The notes: generated from the letters alone by a model not told the origin. Positions 19,139 to 29,345 are shown, counted from the stretch's first letter. The stretch is DNA of 64,000 bases from Candidatus Cloacimonadales bacterium (GCA_965140615.1 OZ223280.1:1268077-1332076), one strand, 5' to 3'. Numbers and translations: made by a program.

Positions 19139-19167
19139 ATTTGAAGTTGTAAAACGAAAAGGAGGTT

Positions 19168-19608
19168 GTGTTGACTAATTTTGATAAATATCTACCAAAA
19201 CCAGAGAATATTTTACAGTTGTTGCATATGGCACAGGGTGCTAGTCCTTTGCAATACTTGAGCAAAGAAGCACTGATGGAGGTGGCGGAATATTTGAAAA
19301 TGCCTTATAATCAGGTTTATTCTGTGGCGAGTTTTTACTCTATGTTTTCTTTGAAACCCAGAAGTAAATTTGTAATTAAGGTTTGTCAGTCGCCACATTG
19401 TGTGGTGCAAGGGTCGGATAATCTTTTGGATTATTTGCAAAAAGAGACCAAGAAGATGAACGATGTGAGCCTAGAGGCTTGCCAGTGTTTGGGTGTGTGT
19501 GGCAACGCTCCTGTGGTGCTGGTCAACGACAAGGTTTACGGCAATATGACACTGGAGAAGCTGGAAGGATTGCTGCAAAACCTCAAGGAGGGTGAAAATG
19601 TTTTATAG
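19168..19608 (+). CDS. NuoE-like [2Fe-2S] subunit, copy 2
   Basis: KVCQSPHCVVQG ... CQCLGVCGNAPVV. Confidence 0.8.
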   Translation: MLTNFDKYLPKPENILQLLHMAQGASPLQYLSKEALMEVAEYLKMPYNQVYSVASFYSMFSLKPRSKFVIKVCQSPHCVVQGSDNLLDYLQKETKKMNDVSLEACQCLGVCGNAPVVLVNDKVYGNMTLEKLEGLLQNLKEGENVL

Positions 19609-21163
19609 ATCGCATATACTTTTTGTGGTGGACGATCACTCTCTGGGCAAAGGCGTGAAAGCGGTGATAAAAGCTATGAGGGACGAGCTGGCAAAAAACG
19701 GATTGGACAAAGAGGTGGGCGTGTTGGAGACGGGAACTTTGGGGTACATTTCCAAAGGAGTGCATTTCTTGGTATATCCTGATAACCTTTTGTATCACGA
19801 TGTTATGGCGGATGATGTCCCTTTTATAGTGCAAGAGCATTTCTTAAAAGGGCGACCTGTGAAACGCTTGTGCCAAGAGGCGAAGCAAGAGGTTGATTTG
19901 GCTTACTCTCAGCGGATTGTGCTGAAGAACTCTGGCAAGATAGACCCCGAGTCTATCGATGAGTATATTGCTGTGGATGGTTATCAGTCGCTGGGTAAAG
20001 CTTTGCAAATGGGTAAAGACGCTGTGTTGCAAGAGATAAAAATCTCTAAGTTGCGTGGTCGTGGAGGTGCAGGATTTCCAGCAGGAATTAAGCTGGAGAT
20101 GACAGCCAAGCAAAAAGAGAAGCAAAAGTATATTGTGGTGAACGCCGACGAGGGCGAGGCTGGGACTTTTAAAGATAGATTGATAATGGAAGGAGATCCG
20201 CATAAGTTGTTGGAAGGGATGATGATAGCGGGTTTTGTGGCAGGTGCGGATACGGGCTACATCTACATCAGAGGCGAGTATCAGCTGTGCATTAGCAGGC
20301 TAAAGAAAGCTATCAGGCAAGCCAAGGAGTATGGACTGGTGGGCAAAGATATTTTCGGTAGTGGTTTTAACTTTGATGTGGTGGTGAAAGTTGGGGCAGG
20401 GGCGTATGTCTGTGGTGAAGAGACGGCATTGTTGAACTCTTTGGAAGGTGGCAGAGGTAATCCTCGTTCTAAACCGCCTTACCCTGGTGTGAGTGGACTC
20501 TGGGGGAAACCGACGGTGGTGAATAATGTGGAGACTCTTTCTAATATGCCAGCTATTGTAGAAAAGGGTGGGGAATGGTTTGCAAGCATAGGGACTCCAG
20601 AATCTTGTGGTACGAAGGTTTATACGATTTTGGGAGATGTGAACAATCCTGGCTTGATTGAGGTACCTATGGGTACAACTTTGTCGGAGATTATTCTTAA
20701 ATATGGCGGTGGACTGAAAGAGGATGAGCGTTTTAAAGCGGCACTAGTAGGCGGGGCTGCTGGGATGTTTTTGCCTAGAGAGCTTTTACAGATTAAGCTA
20801 GATTATGAAAATTTGTCTAAAGAGTCGGCTGTGCTTGGTTCGGGAGCTATTTTGATTTTGAACGAGCGGACTAATATGCTCAATGTTTTGCGTTCGATTT
20901 TGAATTTTTTCTTGCACGAATCTTGCGGTAAATGTAGTCCTTGTCGAATTGGTTGTAAAGTACTGGTAAATATTATGGATAAGATAATTGCTGGTCAAGC
21001 AGATGCGGACGATGTGCAGAAGTTACTGAGTGTGTCTGAAGTGATGCAAAAAACATCTTTTTGTGCTTTGGGTCAATCTCCTGTGATGCCCATAGCGAGC
21101 ATGGTCAAGTACTTTGGAGATGAGTTTGAAAAGTTTATAGGAGAGGAGAAAAAATGCAAATAA
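19592..21163 (+). CDS. NuoF-like flavoprotein subunit, copy 2. Cys-less Trx-like N-terminus and no C-terminal ferredoxin domain.
   Basis: KLRGRGGAGFPAG, VNADEGEAGTF, ESCGKCSPCRIG. Ends shortly after the [4Fe-4S] N3-type motif. Confidence 0.85.
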   Translation: MKMFYRSHILFVVDDHSLGKGVKAVIKAMRDELAKNGLDKEVGVLETGTLGYISKGVHFLVYPDNLLYHDVMADDVPFIVQEHFLKGRPVKRLCQEAKQEVDLAYSQRIVLKNSGKIDPESIDEYIAVDGYQSLGKALQMGKDAVLQEIKISKLRGRGGAGFPAGIKLEMTAKQKEKQKYIVVNADEGEAGTFKDRLIMEGDPHKLLEGMMIAGFVAGADTGYIYIRGEYQLCISRLKKAIRQAKEYGLVGKDIFGSGFNFDVVVKVGAGAYVCGEETALLNSLEGGRGNPRSKPPYPGVSGLWGKPTVVNNVETLSNMPAIVEKGGEWFASIGTPESCGTKVYTILGDVNNPGLIEVPMGTTLSEIILKYGGGLKEDERFKAALVGGAAGMFLPRELLQIKLDYENLSKESAVLGSGAILILNERTNMLNVLRSILNFFLHESCGKCSPCRIGCKVLVNIMDKIIAGQADADDVQKLLSVSEVMQKTSFCALGQSPVMPIASMVKYFGDEFEKFIGEEKKCK

Positions 21164-22902
21164 CAGTTAATGGAAAAAAGATTGAAGCTAAGTCGGGTCA
21201 GACGATAATGGAAGCTGTCCGCGATGGCGGGTTCTATATCCCTAGCTTGTGCTATCACAAAGATTTGACTCCTACTGGTAATTGTGGAGTGTGTGTGGTG
21301 CAGATAGAGGGGATGGCAGCTCTGAAGAGGGCGTGTGTTACTCTTGTGGCAGATGGGATGTCCATCGTTACAGACTCTCCAGAGATAAGAAAGGTTCGCA
21401 AAGAGCTTTTGTCTTTGATATTGTTGGATCACGATGTGAAATGCCCGACTTGCGATCAAAACGGCAAGTGCGAATTGCAGGAGCTGATAAATTATATGGA
21501 CATACCAGAGTCGGACTACGAGCCGATATTTACCAAAGCTAAGGTGGACAATCTGGGTCCATCCATCGTCAAAGATACTACCAAGTGCATCCACTGTGGG
21601 CGGTGTATCACCGTGTGTAACGACATCCAAGCCGTACATGCCCTGTGTGTGGGTGGCAGAGGGTTTGATAGTGTGGTAACAGCCGCTTTTGGTTCTTCTT
21701 TGGTGGATAGTCCTTGTGTGAACTGCGGGCAGTGCACGGTGTATTGCCCAGTGGGAGCACTCAAAGAGAAAACGGAGATAGAGCAGGTGCAAGAGGCTTT
21801 GTTCGACCCAAGCAAGATTGTAGTGGTGCAAGAAGCTCCATCTGTACGGACAGCACTGGGAGAGGAGTTTGGGATGGATGCCACGGAAGTTACTGTGGGC
21901 AAGATGTATGCGGCTTTGCGTAAGTTGGGCTTCGATAGAGTGTTCGATACTAACTTCGCAGCAGATTTGACAATAATGGAAGAGGGCTCAGAGCTTATCC
22001 AGAGGATAAAAGAGGGCGGTACTTTGCCGCTTATTACTTCTTGTTCTCCCGGCTGGGTGAAGTTTGTGGAGACCTATTTCCCCGATTTTCTTCCTAATGT
22101 CTCTAGTTGCAAATCGCCACAACAGATGTTTGGAGCGATGGTCAAAACCTATTTTGCCAAGCAGGAAGGCATCGACCCCAAAGATATTGTGAGCGTGTCT
22201 ATTATGCCGTGCACAGCCAAGAAGTTTGAAGCCAAGCGACCAGAGATGAACTCCTCGGGCTATCAAGATGTCGATTGCGTGCTGACAGTTAGAGAGTTCA
22301 TTAAGATGATTAAAGGTGCTAAGCTAGATTTTAAAAATTTGCCAGAAGAGAAAGCCGACCAGCTAATGGGACAATATACAGGAGCAGGCACTATCTTCGG
22401 TGCTACAGGTGGAGTGATGGAGGCTGCTATCCGCACAGCGTACGCTATCCTTGCTGGCAAGGAGCTAGACAATCTGAATGTGGAAGCGGTGCGTGGGATG
22501 CAAGGTATCAAGGAAGCGAGCTTGGACATCCCCTTGAAGGATAGCTCGACGGTCTTGAAGGTCAATGTCGCCGTAGTACACGGGCTGGGCAATGCCAAGA
22601 GGCTATTGGAAGATGTAAGAGCGGGTAAGAGGTCTTACCACTTCATCGAGATAATGGCGTGCCCTGGAGGATGTGTGGGCGGTGGTGGACAGCCGTACGG
22701 CTCAGATATTGCCGATCGTGCCAGAAGGGGCGAGTCTCTTTACAAAGAGGACAGTAAGTGCGAATACAGGGCGTCTCACACCAATCCGATGATTAAGAAG
22801 ATTTACGCTGAGTTCTTGGGCGAACCGCTCTCGCACAAGTCGCACCAGTACCTGCACACTAGCTACAAGCCAAGAAATAAGGTAACAGGCAAGCAAGATT
22901 AG
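21154..22902 (+). CDS. hydA: [FeFe] hydrogenase catalytic subunit (HydA/HndD-like) with a [2Fe-2S] N-terminus, [4Fe-4S] F-clusters and the H-cluster
   Basis: N-terminal 2Fe-2S Cys motif. CIHCGRCITVC and CVNCGQCTVYCP. H-cluster L2 MPCTAKKFE and L3 EIMACPGGCVGGGGQP. L1 reads ITSCSPGWV (canonical TSCCPxW). Confidence 0.88.
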   Translation: MQITVNGKKIEAKSGQTIMEAVRDGGFYIPSLCYHKDLTPTGNCGVCVVQIEGMAALKRACVTLVADGMSIVTDSPEIRKVRKELLSLILLDHDVKCPTCDQNGKCELQELINYMDIPESDYEPIFTKAKVDNLGPSIVKDTTKCIHCGRCITVCNDIQAVHALCVGGRGFDSVVTAAFGSSLVDSPCVNCGQCTVYCPVGALKEKTEIEQVQEALFDPSKIVVVQEAPSVRTALGEEFGMDATEVTVGKMYAALRKLGFDRVFDTNFAADLTIMEEGSELIQRIKEGGTLPLITSCSPGWVKFVETYFPDFLPNVSSCKSPQQMFGAMVKTYFAKQEGIDPKDIVSVSIMPCTAKKFEAKRPEMNSSGYQDVDCVLTVREFIKMIKGAKLDFKNLPEEKADQLMGQYTGAGTIFGATGGVMEAAIRTAYAILAGKELDNLNVEAVRGMQGIKEASLDIPLKDSSTVLKVNVAVVHGLGNAKRLLEDVRAGKRSYHFIEIMACPGGCVGGGGQPYGSDIADRARRGESLYKEDSKCEYRASHTNPMIKKIYAEFLGEPLSHKSHQYLHTSYKPRNKVTGKQD

Positions 22903-22916
22903 AGTAAATTAAGAAT

Positions 22917-22950
22917 AAAAGCACCTTTGTTTATGATGGCAGAGGTGCTT
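22917..22950 (+). terminator. Rho-independent terminator after hydA
   Basis: GCACCTTTG ... CAGAGGTGC hairpin followed by a T8 run. Confidence 0.6.
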
Positions 22951-23001
22951 TTTTTTAAAGATAATTATTAAAAATTTCCCAAAATAAGTTATGGAGGTAG
23001 G

Positions 23002-23535
23002 ATGAAAATTTGTGTTTATTGTGCTTCGGCAGAGAATATCGCTCTGGAGTACAAGAAAGCGGCTCGCCAGCTGGGCGAGCAGATGGTGGAGCGTGGGAAT
23101 AGCCTTGTGTATGGTGGTGGTGCTGTGGGGCTGATGGGTGAGCTCGCTAGGAGTGTTGCGGCAAATGGAGGCTACACTCTGGGGGTGATACCGCACAAGC
23201 TGAAAAATTTGGAGTTGGCTTACAAAGGTGCTAGCCAGATGATTTTCACGGAAAATATGCGGATACGCAAATCTGTGATGCAAGACAACGCCGATGGCTT
23301 CATCGCCTTGGCTGGGGGCTTTGGCACTCTGGAGGAGGTCTTTGAGATGATAACCCTGCGGAAATTGGGTTACCATCACAAGCCGATTGTGCTCTTGAAC
23401 ACGGCTGGGTTTTACGACAAACTTTTGGAGTTTATCGACTCTATCATCCAGAAGAAATTTTCCACAGACGAGAAACTTTTTTCCGTGGTAACCACCCCTG
23501 AGCAAGCGTTAGTGGAGCTAGAGGCAAAAGCGTGA
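23002..23535 (+). CDS. LOG-family protein (cytokinin riboside 5'-monophosphate phosphoribohydrolase-like, TIGR00730)
   Basis: VYGGGAVGLMG and ALAGGFGTLEE motifs. Confidence 0.8.
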   Translation: MKICVYCASAENIALEYKKAARQLGEQMVERGNSLVYGGGAVGLMGELARSVAANGGYTLGVIPHKLKNLELAYKGASQMIFTENMRIRKSVMQDNADGFIALAGGFGTLEEVFEMITLRKLGYHHKPIVLLNTAGFYDKLLEFIDSIIQKKFSTDEKLFSVVTTPEQALVELEAKA

Positions 23536-23540
23536 TAGAG

Positions 23541-24941
23541 TTAGTCTAAGAGGCTTTTTTGTCGATAGTCGCTTAGCCACTTTTCTGCTGAGGCGACGCT
23601 TTCTCGGACGGCTGCAGGAGCAGGACCTCCATGCAAAATCCGTTTGTTTACGCAGGTTTGCAAATCTATAGAAGAGTAAATATCGTTACAAAAAATGGCA
23701 GAAAATTTTTGGAACTGCTCCAAGCTCATCTCTTCGATGGCGATTTTGTGTTCGAGGCAATGAAAGACAATTTGTCCTACGATATGGTGGGCCTCACGAA
23801 ATGGTAACCCTTTCTTTGCCAAATAATCGGCGACATCTGTGGCGTTGGTAAATCCGCCTTTGGCACCAGCGAGCATTTTATTTTTATTTACTTTCATCGT
23901 GGCGAGCATGGGCGAAATGGTCAAAAGACAACCTTTTAGCGTGTCGATGGTGTCGAAGAAGCTCTCTTTGTCTTCTTGCATGTCTTTGTTGTAGGCTAGG
24001 GGGAGCGATTTGAGTGTGGTGAGTATCCCCAGCAGGTTGCCGTAAACTCTGCCCGTTTTACCACGGATGAGCTCGGCGACATCGGGGTTTTTCTTTTGGG
24101 GCATAATGCTAGAGCCAGTGGAGTAGGCGTCGTCTAGGGTGATGAAGCCGAACTCGTCGCTCGACCAGAGGATAATCTCTTCGCACAGCCTTGAGAAGTG
24201 CATCATCAAGATGGCTGCTACGGACTGAAACTCCACGATGTGGTCGCGGTCGCTCACTCCGTCTAGCGAGTTTGCTGTTACATCGGCAAAGCCCAGCTCA
24301 CGAGCCACCATCTGTCTATCTAGTGGGAAAGTTGTAGTTGCCAAAGCTCCTGAGCCAAGCGGACAGGTGTTGGCTCTGTGCAGGCAGTCGGCAAATCTGT
24401 CCAAATCTCGCTGAAACATGGCGAAGTAAGCCATAATGTGGTGAGCCAAAGTGATGGGTTGAGCTTTTTGCAAGTGTGTGTAGCCGGGCATAATGGTGTC
24501 CAGATTTTCGCTGGCAATTTTTAGGATGTTTTCTTGCAAGTTCAGAAGCAGTTTTTGTAGACTGTTAATCTCTTTCTTGAGGTAAAGCTTGATATCCAGA
24601 GCCACTTGGTCGTTACGAGATCTGCCGGTGTGGAGCTTTTTACCGACCTGACCGACTTTGGCAGTGAGTAGAGTCTCGATGTTCATATGGATGTCCTCTG
24701 CTGATGGGTCGAACTCGATTTGCCCAGTTTCGATTTCTTTCTGTAACTCTTTCAATCCTTTTATTAGGCTTTTGGCTTCATCCAAAGAGATAATATCTTG
24801 CAATCCCAGCATTTTGGCGTGTGCTATAGAGCCTTGGATATCTTCCCGATACAGTCTTTGGTCGAACCCAATCGACGAATGAAAATCTTCCACTAACTTA
24901 TCGGTTTGTTTTTGAAATCTACCACCCCAAAGTTTACTCAT
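23541..24941 (-). CDS. argH: Argininosuccinate lyase
   Basis: MSKLWGGRFQ... and the fumarate-lyase signature GSSIMPQKKNPD. Confidence 0.92.
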   Translation of the reverse strand: MSKLWGGRFQKQTDKLVEDFHSSIGFDQRLYREDIQGSIAHAKMLGLQDIISLDEAKSLIKGLKELQKEIETGQIEFDPSAEDIHMNIETLLTAKVGQVGKKLHTGRSRNDQVALDIKLYLKKEINSLQKLLLNLQENILKIASENLDTIMPGYTHLQKAQPITLAHHIMAYFAMFQRDLDRFADCLHRANTCPLGSGALATTTFPLDRQMVARELGFADVTANSLDGVSDRDHIVEFQSVAAILMMHFSRLCEEIILWSSDEFGFITLDDAYSTGSSIMPQKKNPDVAELIRGKTGRVYGNLLGILTTLKSLPLAYNKDMQEDKESFFDTIDTLKGCLLTISPMLATMKVNKNKMLAGAKGGFTNATDVADYLAKKGLPFREAHHIVGQIVFHCLEHKIAIEEMSLEQFQKFSAIFCNDIYSSIDLQTCVNKRILHGGPAPAAVRESVASAEKWLSDYRQKSLLD

Positions 24942-25071
24942 CTTTATTTACCCCTTTTGCTTGGTATTTTGTTATACAATCTGAGAATAGCTTTTGATGT
25001 CAAGAGTAAAGAAAAGGTGAGACTATCTATTTTTTCTATTAGAACAAGAAAAAAGGATAAGAGAGATTACC

Positions 25072-25668
25072 TCAAATTTTTATAATTCCTACGCTTCCTT
25101 TGGTGGCGATGATTTTGCTTTTTAGCAGAGGGGACTCTAGCCTAGCTAGCGGATACAAGATGTAGCCCCGTCCAGCTGTTGCCAGACACCTGATGGTGGC
25201 TAAGACGACTTGCTCTTGATTGCATTTAAGTTCAAAGCGGGCAATTTGCTTGCCGACATCTTGGGGCATTTTTCCAGAGTTTTTTGGGAAAAAAGGTGGA
25301 TTGCAGATGACAAGGTCGTATTTTTGGTGGTGTTGGTTTAAGTCTTGGCAAACGAACTTCAGTTCTAAGTTGCAAAGTTGGGCGTTTTTTTGGGCAAGCT
25401 GGATGAGGTTTGCTTGGATATCTATCCCGCATATTTGCCAAGATGGTCTTTTAAGTTTGAGCATAAAGCCCAAAATTCCGCACCCGCAACCGATGTCCAA
25501 CACTCGCAAATTTTTTTGGGGATGATTTTTGAGGATAGTTTCTACTAAAAAGTTGCCATCGCTAGAGATAGCTTGTCCAGAGGAGCTTTGGTAGATGAAC
25601 CTTTTTTTATCGGGCAAGATAACTTTTTGCAAAGTTTTAGATTGGTCTGTGGTTATAGCTCTATCCAA
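25072..25668 (-). CDS. Class I SAM-dependent methyltransferase with an NPPF motif (N6-adenine / small-MTase family)
   Basis: VLDIGCGCGILG (motif I) and CNPPFFP (motif IV). Confidence 0.6.
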   Translation of the reverse strand: MDRAITTDQSKTLQKVILPDKKRFIYQSSSGQAISSDGNFLVETILKNHPQKNLRVLDIGCGCGILGFMLKLKRPSWQICGIDIQANLIQLAQKNAQLCNLELKFVCQDLNQHHQKYDLVICNPPFFPKNSGKMPQDVGKQIARFELKCNQEQVVLATIRCLATAGRGYILYPLARLESPLLKSKIIATKGSVGIIKI

Positions 25669-26249
25669 TTTTTTAGGAGTTGCAATCCAGATTTGCCGCT
25701 TTTTTCGGGGTGAAATTGCGTGCCGTAGATGTTGCCCTTTTGTAAGACAGCACCAAAAGAGATGTCGTATTGGCAGGAAGCTAAAATGTCGGCTTGATTG
25801 TCCGCTTGGGGATAGTAGCTGTGGACGAAGTAGAAGTTGCTACCACTGGGGATTTTTTGGAAGAGTGGGTCTTGGCGTTGGTAAGTGATTTGATTCCAGC
25901 CCATTTGAGGCACTTTTTGGCAGGTGAATTTTTTGCATTGTCCAGAAAAAATCCCAAACCCTTTGGCATTAGGAGCTTCGCTACTACCTTGCATTAGCAG
26001 TTGCAAACCTACGCAGATGCCCAAAAAAGGCTTATCTTGGGTCAGCCAGTCCAAGAGAGCTTGGTAGCATCCTGAATTTTCTAGCTTTTTGCTGGCTTGT
26101 CCGAAGTGCCCTACTCCGGGTAAGATGATTTTGTCGACATTCTTTAAATCTTGTGATGATGAGACTAAAAGATGATCGGCTTTTAGGTAATTTAGGGCGT
26201 TTTGTACGGAGTGCAGGTTGCCAGCTCCGTAATCTATTATGGCGATCAT
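25653..26249 (-). CDS. hisH: Imidazole glycerol phosphate synthase glutaminase subunit
   Basis: MIAIIDYGAGNLHSV, GICVGLQLL (catalytic Cys), HPEKS. Start set at the internal Met; the longer ORF is an upstream extension. Confidence 0.85.
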   Translation of the reverse strand: MIAIIDYGAGNLHSVQNALNYLKADHLLVSSSQDLKNVDKIILPGVGHFGQASKKLENSGCYQALLDWLTQDKPFLGICVGLQLLMQGSSEAPNAKGFGIFSGQCKKFTCQKVPQMGWNQITYQRQDPLFQKIPSGSNFYFVHSYYPQADNQADILASCQYDISFGAVLQKGNIYGTQFHPEKSGKSGLQLLKNWIEL

Positions 26250-27100
26250 TAGTTTTCCTTTGGGTTTTTTATCAGTAGGTACGATCCTATGGGTACGCCG
26301 ATGTGATTTGCTATCACTTGGCATTTAGCTTTTAGGAGAAAGTAAATCGGTAAATCTGTATCGGAGAGAGCTTCGTAGTTGCCTTGACCTTTGCTGATGA
26401 TGATATCTGCTTGTGTTAGCGTTTGTTTAAATTTTGGGGAGCAAAGCTTGGGCACAGTTCCCGGGGTCTTCGCACCAGAGCTAACGACTGAGCAAACGGA
26501 GTCTAAGCCAATTTTTTTTGCCCATTGCATAGTGATGTCGTTTATCACAGGGAGGGCACGAGTGGCGAAGACGAGCGGTTTGTTTATTTGCTTGATAAGG
26601 AGTTTGTCAAAGACACCTTCGGCTGTGTTATCGCCCAGATAGACGATATTCTTGGCTTTGGCGATATCTTGGGCGAAATCGGCAAAATGGTCGATAGCAA
26701 AGTTGGCAGAAAGCACTTTTTCTAACTCTTCTTCTAAATTGAAGCTTTGCTGAGCACCTAAGTCGATAACATTCCCAGCTATGGCTAAGCGAGTGGCGGT
26801 GTGTAGGGGGTTAGTAGAGGCAACAATTTTTGAGTTCAACATTGGTAACATTTTTAGAGCTTCTGTTACATTTTTTTGTTTTATCAAAGCGTAAGGGTCT
26901 TTTTTTTGCAAGAAATCTTTTAGGTTGTGGTGGATATGATAGGCTATCTCGGGTGAGGTGGCACTCACATCTATCTGAGCAAAAAGAGATCCAGTGTGGT
27001 CGATGACTTTTTTTTGTTCTTGTTCACTTAGACCGCAGATTTTGGCAAGGTGCAGAGCTTGTCGCAAAAAGCAAGGGAAGCATTCTAGGTAGGTTTTCAT
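26249..27100 (-). CDS. DUF89 / ARMT1-like damage-control phosphatase family protein
   Basis: Begins MKTYLECFPCFLRQAL (internal Met start chosen). Embedded between hisB and hisH with overlapping stop and start codons. Confidence 0.55.
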   Translation of the reverse strand: MKTYLECFPCFLRQALHLAKICGLSEQEQKKVIDHTGSLFAQIDVSATSPEIAYHIHHNLKDFLQKKDPYALIKQKNVTEALKMLPMLNSKIVASTNPLHTATRLAIAGNVIDLGAQQSFNLEEELEKVLSANFAIDHFADFAQDIAKAKNIVYLGDNTAEGVFDKLLIKQINKPLVFATRALPVINDITMQWAKKIGLDSVCSVVSSGAKTPGTVPKLCSPKFKQTLTQADIIISKGQGNYEALSDTDLPIYFLLKAKCQVIANHIGVPIGSYLLIKNPKEN

Positions 27101-27687
27101 AGAGAGCCTTTGGTTGAGGGTATCTTGTCCGTGGCTCTGGGCAGGTGGGCACAGGCGAAACGCAGTGCTTTGGCGAGTGCTTTGAAGCACGCTTCCAGCT
27201 TGTGATGGTCGCTACGACCGTAAGGCATCCGCACCACGAGGTTAGCGGGGATGTTTTCCGCTAGTCCAGCGAAGAAGTCGGGCATTAGGTCGAGGTCTAG
27301 CTCTCCGCAGAACCTGCGTGAGAACTGGCAATCGTATTGCAGATAAGCTCTACCGCCCAAATCGACAGCTACGACAGCTAGAGCCTCGTCCATGGGATAG
27401 ACGAAGTAGCCACTGCGTTCGATGCCCTTTTTGTCTGCCAATGCTTGCCTAAAGGCTTGTCCGAGGGCGATGCCGACATCTTCCACCAGATGGTGCTGGT
27501 CAACATGCAGGTCGCCTCTGGCTTTGAGTTGTAAATCAAACAGACCGTGCTTGCACAAGCCCTCTAGCATATGGTCGAAGAAACCGATGCCGGTGTCTAT
27601 CTGGTAATCGCCTTCTCCGTCGATAGTTAGCTCTATCTTGATTTGGGTCTCGTTCGTGTTTCTTTCTAGTGATGCAGTTCTTTTCAT
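27097..27687 (-). CDS. hisB: Imidazoleglycerol-phosphate dehydratase, monofunctional
   Basis: 196 aa. Two His-rich motifs: GIGFFDHML and HVDQHHLVED. Confidence 0.9.
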   Translation of the reverse strand: MKRTASLERNTNETQIKIELTIDGEGDYQIDTGIGFFDHMLEGLCKHGLFDLQLKARGDLHVDQHHLVEDVGIALGQAFRQALADKKGIERSGYFVYPMDEALAVVAVDLGGRAYLQYDCQFSRRFCGELDLDLMPDFFAGLAENIPANLVVRMPYGRSDHHKLEACFKALAKALRFACAHLPRATDKIPSTKGSL

Positions 27688-29345
27688 CTTAGTACCAGCT
27701 TTTTTATCTCGGTGATATGGTGGAGGCTGTAGTCGGCTCGGCAGTCGTCTATCAGGCTAATGGCAACGCACTGGGCGGATAGAGATGCACTGACATCGTC
27801 CACGGTGTCGCCTACATAGGCGATGAGCTTTGCGTTGGTCTTTTCTTTCAGGAGCTCTAGCCCGAAGCCGTTAGGCTTTGGTTTGTCTTGGGTGTCTTCC
27901 ATGCCGACTATCTGCTGGAAAAAGTTTCCGGTCTTAAACAAATCTAGTGCGTAGATAATATCTTTCTTGGGTCTTCCCGAGAAGATTGCCAAGGGGAATA
28001 GACTGCTTAGCTGTTGCAGATCTTCGCTGGGTATTAGCCACTTTTCCGTCTTCTTGTTTTTTAGGTAAAAGTTTTCAAAAGTTTGGATAATTTCGTCTTT
28101 GTCGATGTTGATGTCTTCTTGGAGTAAAAGGTGCTCGGTAAGGTCCCAGTCGTTGTTGTAACCTCCTTTTTGTCGCACGGAGTCGATTTGCTTGGTGGAG
28201 ACAGTTTTGCCAGAGAAGTGTAATACGGTATCTTTGATGGATTGGATGTAAGATTGTTGCACATCGATCAGAGTGCCGTCCATATCAAATGCCAAGAGGC
28301 GAGCTGACCATAGCTCTTGGAACGCTTGGCGGAACTTTTGGTTTTGCTCGGGCGTGCCCATTGATATGCGGATGTAGCTTTTAAGCAGTGGGTTACTGCC
28401 TTGATGTCTGACCATTATACCCAGCTTTGCCAACGAGGAATAGACAGCTTTACTCCATATGCCTGTTTTGACGAGCAAGAAGTTTGTTTGACTAGGTAGG
28501 TAGGCGATTTTTAGGGAGCGGAAGAACTCTTCCATTTTCTTCTTTTCTGCCAAGATTGTGGTGATGATGTAGTGGAAATGGTCTGTGTCTGCCAGAGCTA
28601 TCTGGGCTGCTTGCAGCGAGAAGTAGTTGACCCTAAAAGGCAGAGAGACCTTGTAGAGCAGAGCCATAGTAGCGGGTGCTGCCATGGCAAAGCCAATCCT
28701 GTGTCCAGCCAGAGCGTACGCCTTGGAGAATGTCCGTAGGACAATGAGGTTGTCGTATCGCAAGATTAGATCCCAAAGCTCTTCGTGGGCGAAGTGGATG
28801 TAAGCCTCGTCTAGTACTAGCAAAGAGTTTGGTGCTGCCTGCAAGATGTTCTCGACTTGATCTCGAGAGAGCATATCGCCTGTGGGGTTGTTTGGGTTGA
28901 CCAAGATGATTAGTTTGGGGTTTTTTCGGGCTGCGATAAGAAATTCGTCTATGGGGAATTGCAAATCTTGGTCGTAGGAGATTTTGGTGATTCGAGCGTT
29001 TTTGCTTTGCAATAGCAGGTAGTAAACGGAGAAAGTGGGAAATGGAATGAGCACTTCGTCCCCTTCTTGGATGAAGGCTTCTAGTATCAGGGTGATAGCC
29101 TCGTTTGAGCCGTTGCAAATCATAAAACTTTCACAGGGAAGTTGAAAACGAGAGGCGAGCTTGGCTATTAGAGCGTCTTCTTGCGGATAAACTCCCGAGA
29201 GGGCGGGGTCAAACCTTAGTTTACTAAGCTTGGGAGTTGGTGGCAGATTTACCTCATTGAAGTCCAAGCGGATTTTTGTGATGCGGTCTGCGGGTGGACC
29301 TTGATAGGGCAAGAGGTTTGCTACACTTGGCTTGGTGGTAATCAT
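27684..29345 (-). CDS. hisC: Histidinol-phosphate aminotransferase fused to a C-terminal HAD-superfamily hydrolase domain
   Basis: N-terminal ~350 aa is a class II aminotransferase (..NPNNPTG.., FSKAYALAG, PLP Lys). C-terminal ~200 aa carries HAD motif I (FDMDGTL), motif II (SGRP) and motif IV (GDTVDD). Confidence 0.8.
   Translation of the reverse strand: MITTKPSVANLLPYQGPPADRITKIRLDFNEVNLPPTPKLSKLRFDPALSGVYPQEDALIAKLASRFQLPCESFMICNGSNEAITLILEAFIQEGDEVLIPFPTFSVYYLLLQSKNARITKISYDQDLQFPIDEFLIAARKNPKLIILVNPNNPTGDMLSRDQVENILQAAPNSLLVLDEAYIHFAHEELWDLILRYDNLIVLRTFSKAYALAGHRIGFAMAAPATMALLYKVSLPFRVNYFSLQAAQIALADTDHFHYIITTILAEKKKMEEFFRSLKIAYLPSQTNFLLVKTGIWSKAVYSSLAKLGIMVRHQGSNPLLKSYIRISMGTPEQNQKFRQAFQELWSARLLAFDMDGTLIDVQQSYIQSIKDTVLHFSGKTVSTKQIDSVRQKGGYNNDWDLTEHLLLQEDINIDKDEIIQTFENFYLKNKKTEKWLIPSEDLQQLSSLFPLAIFSGRPKKDIIYALDLFKTGNFFQQIVGMEDTQDKPKPNGFGLELLKEKTNAKLIAYVGDTVDDVSASLSAQCVAISLIDDCRADYSLHHITEIKKLVLR

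Noticed and set aside
26250-26324. 25-codon upstream extension of hisH (MPSDSKSHRRTHRIV...)
   Set aside because: HisH homologues start at MIAIIDYGAGN. The extension overlaps the 3' end of the DUF89 gene.
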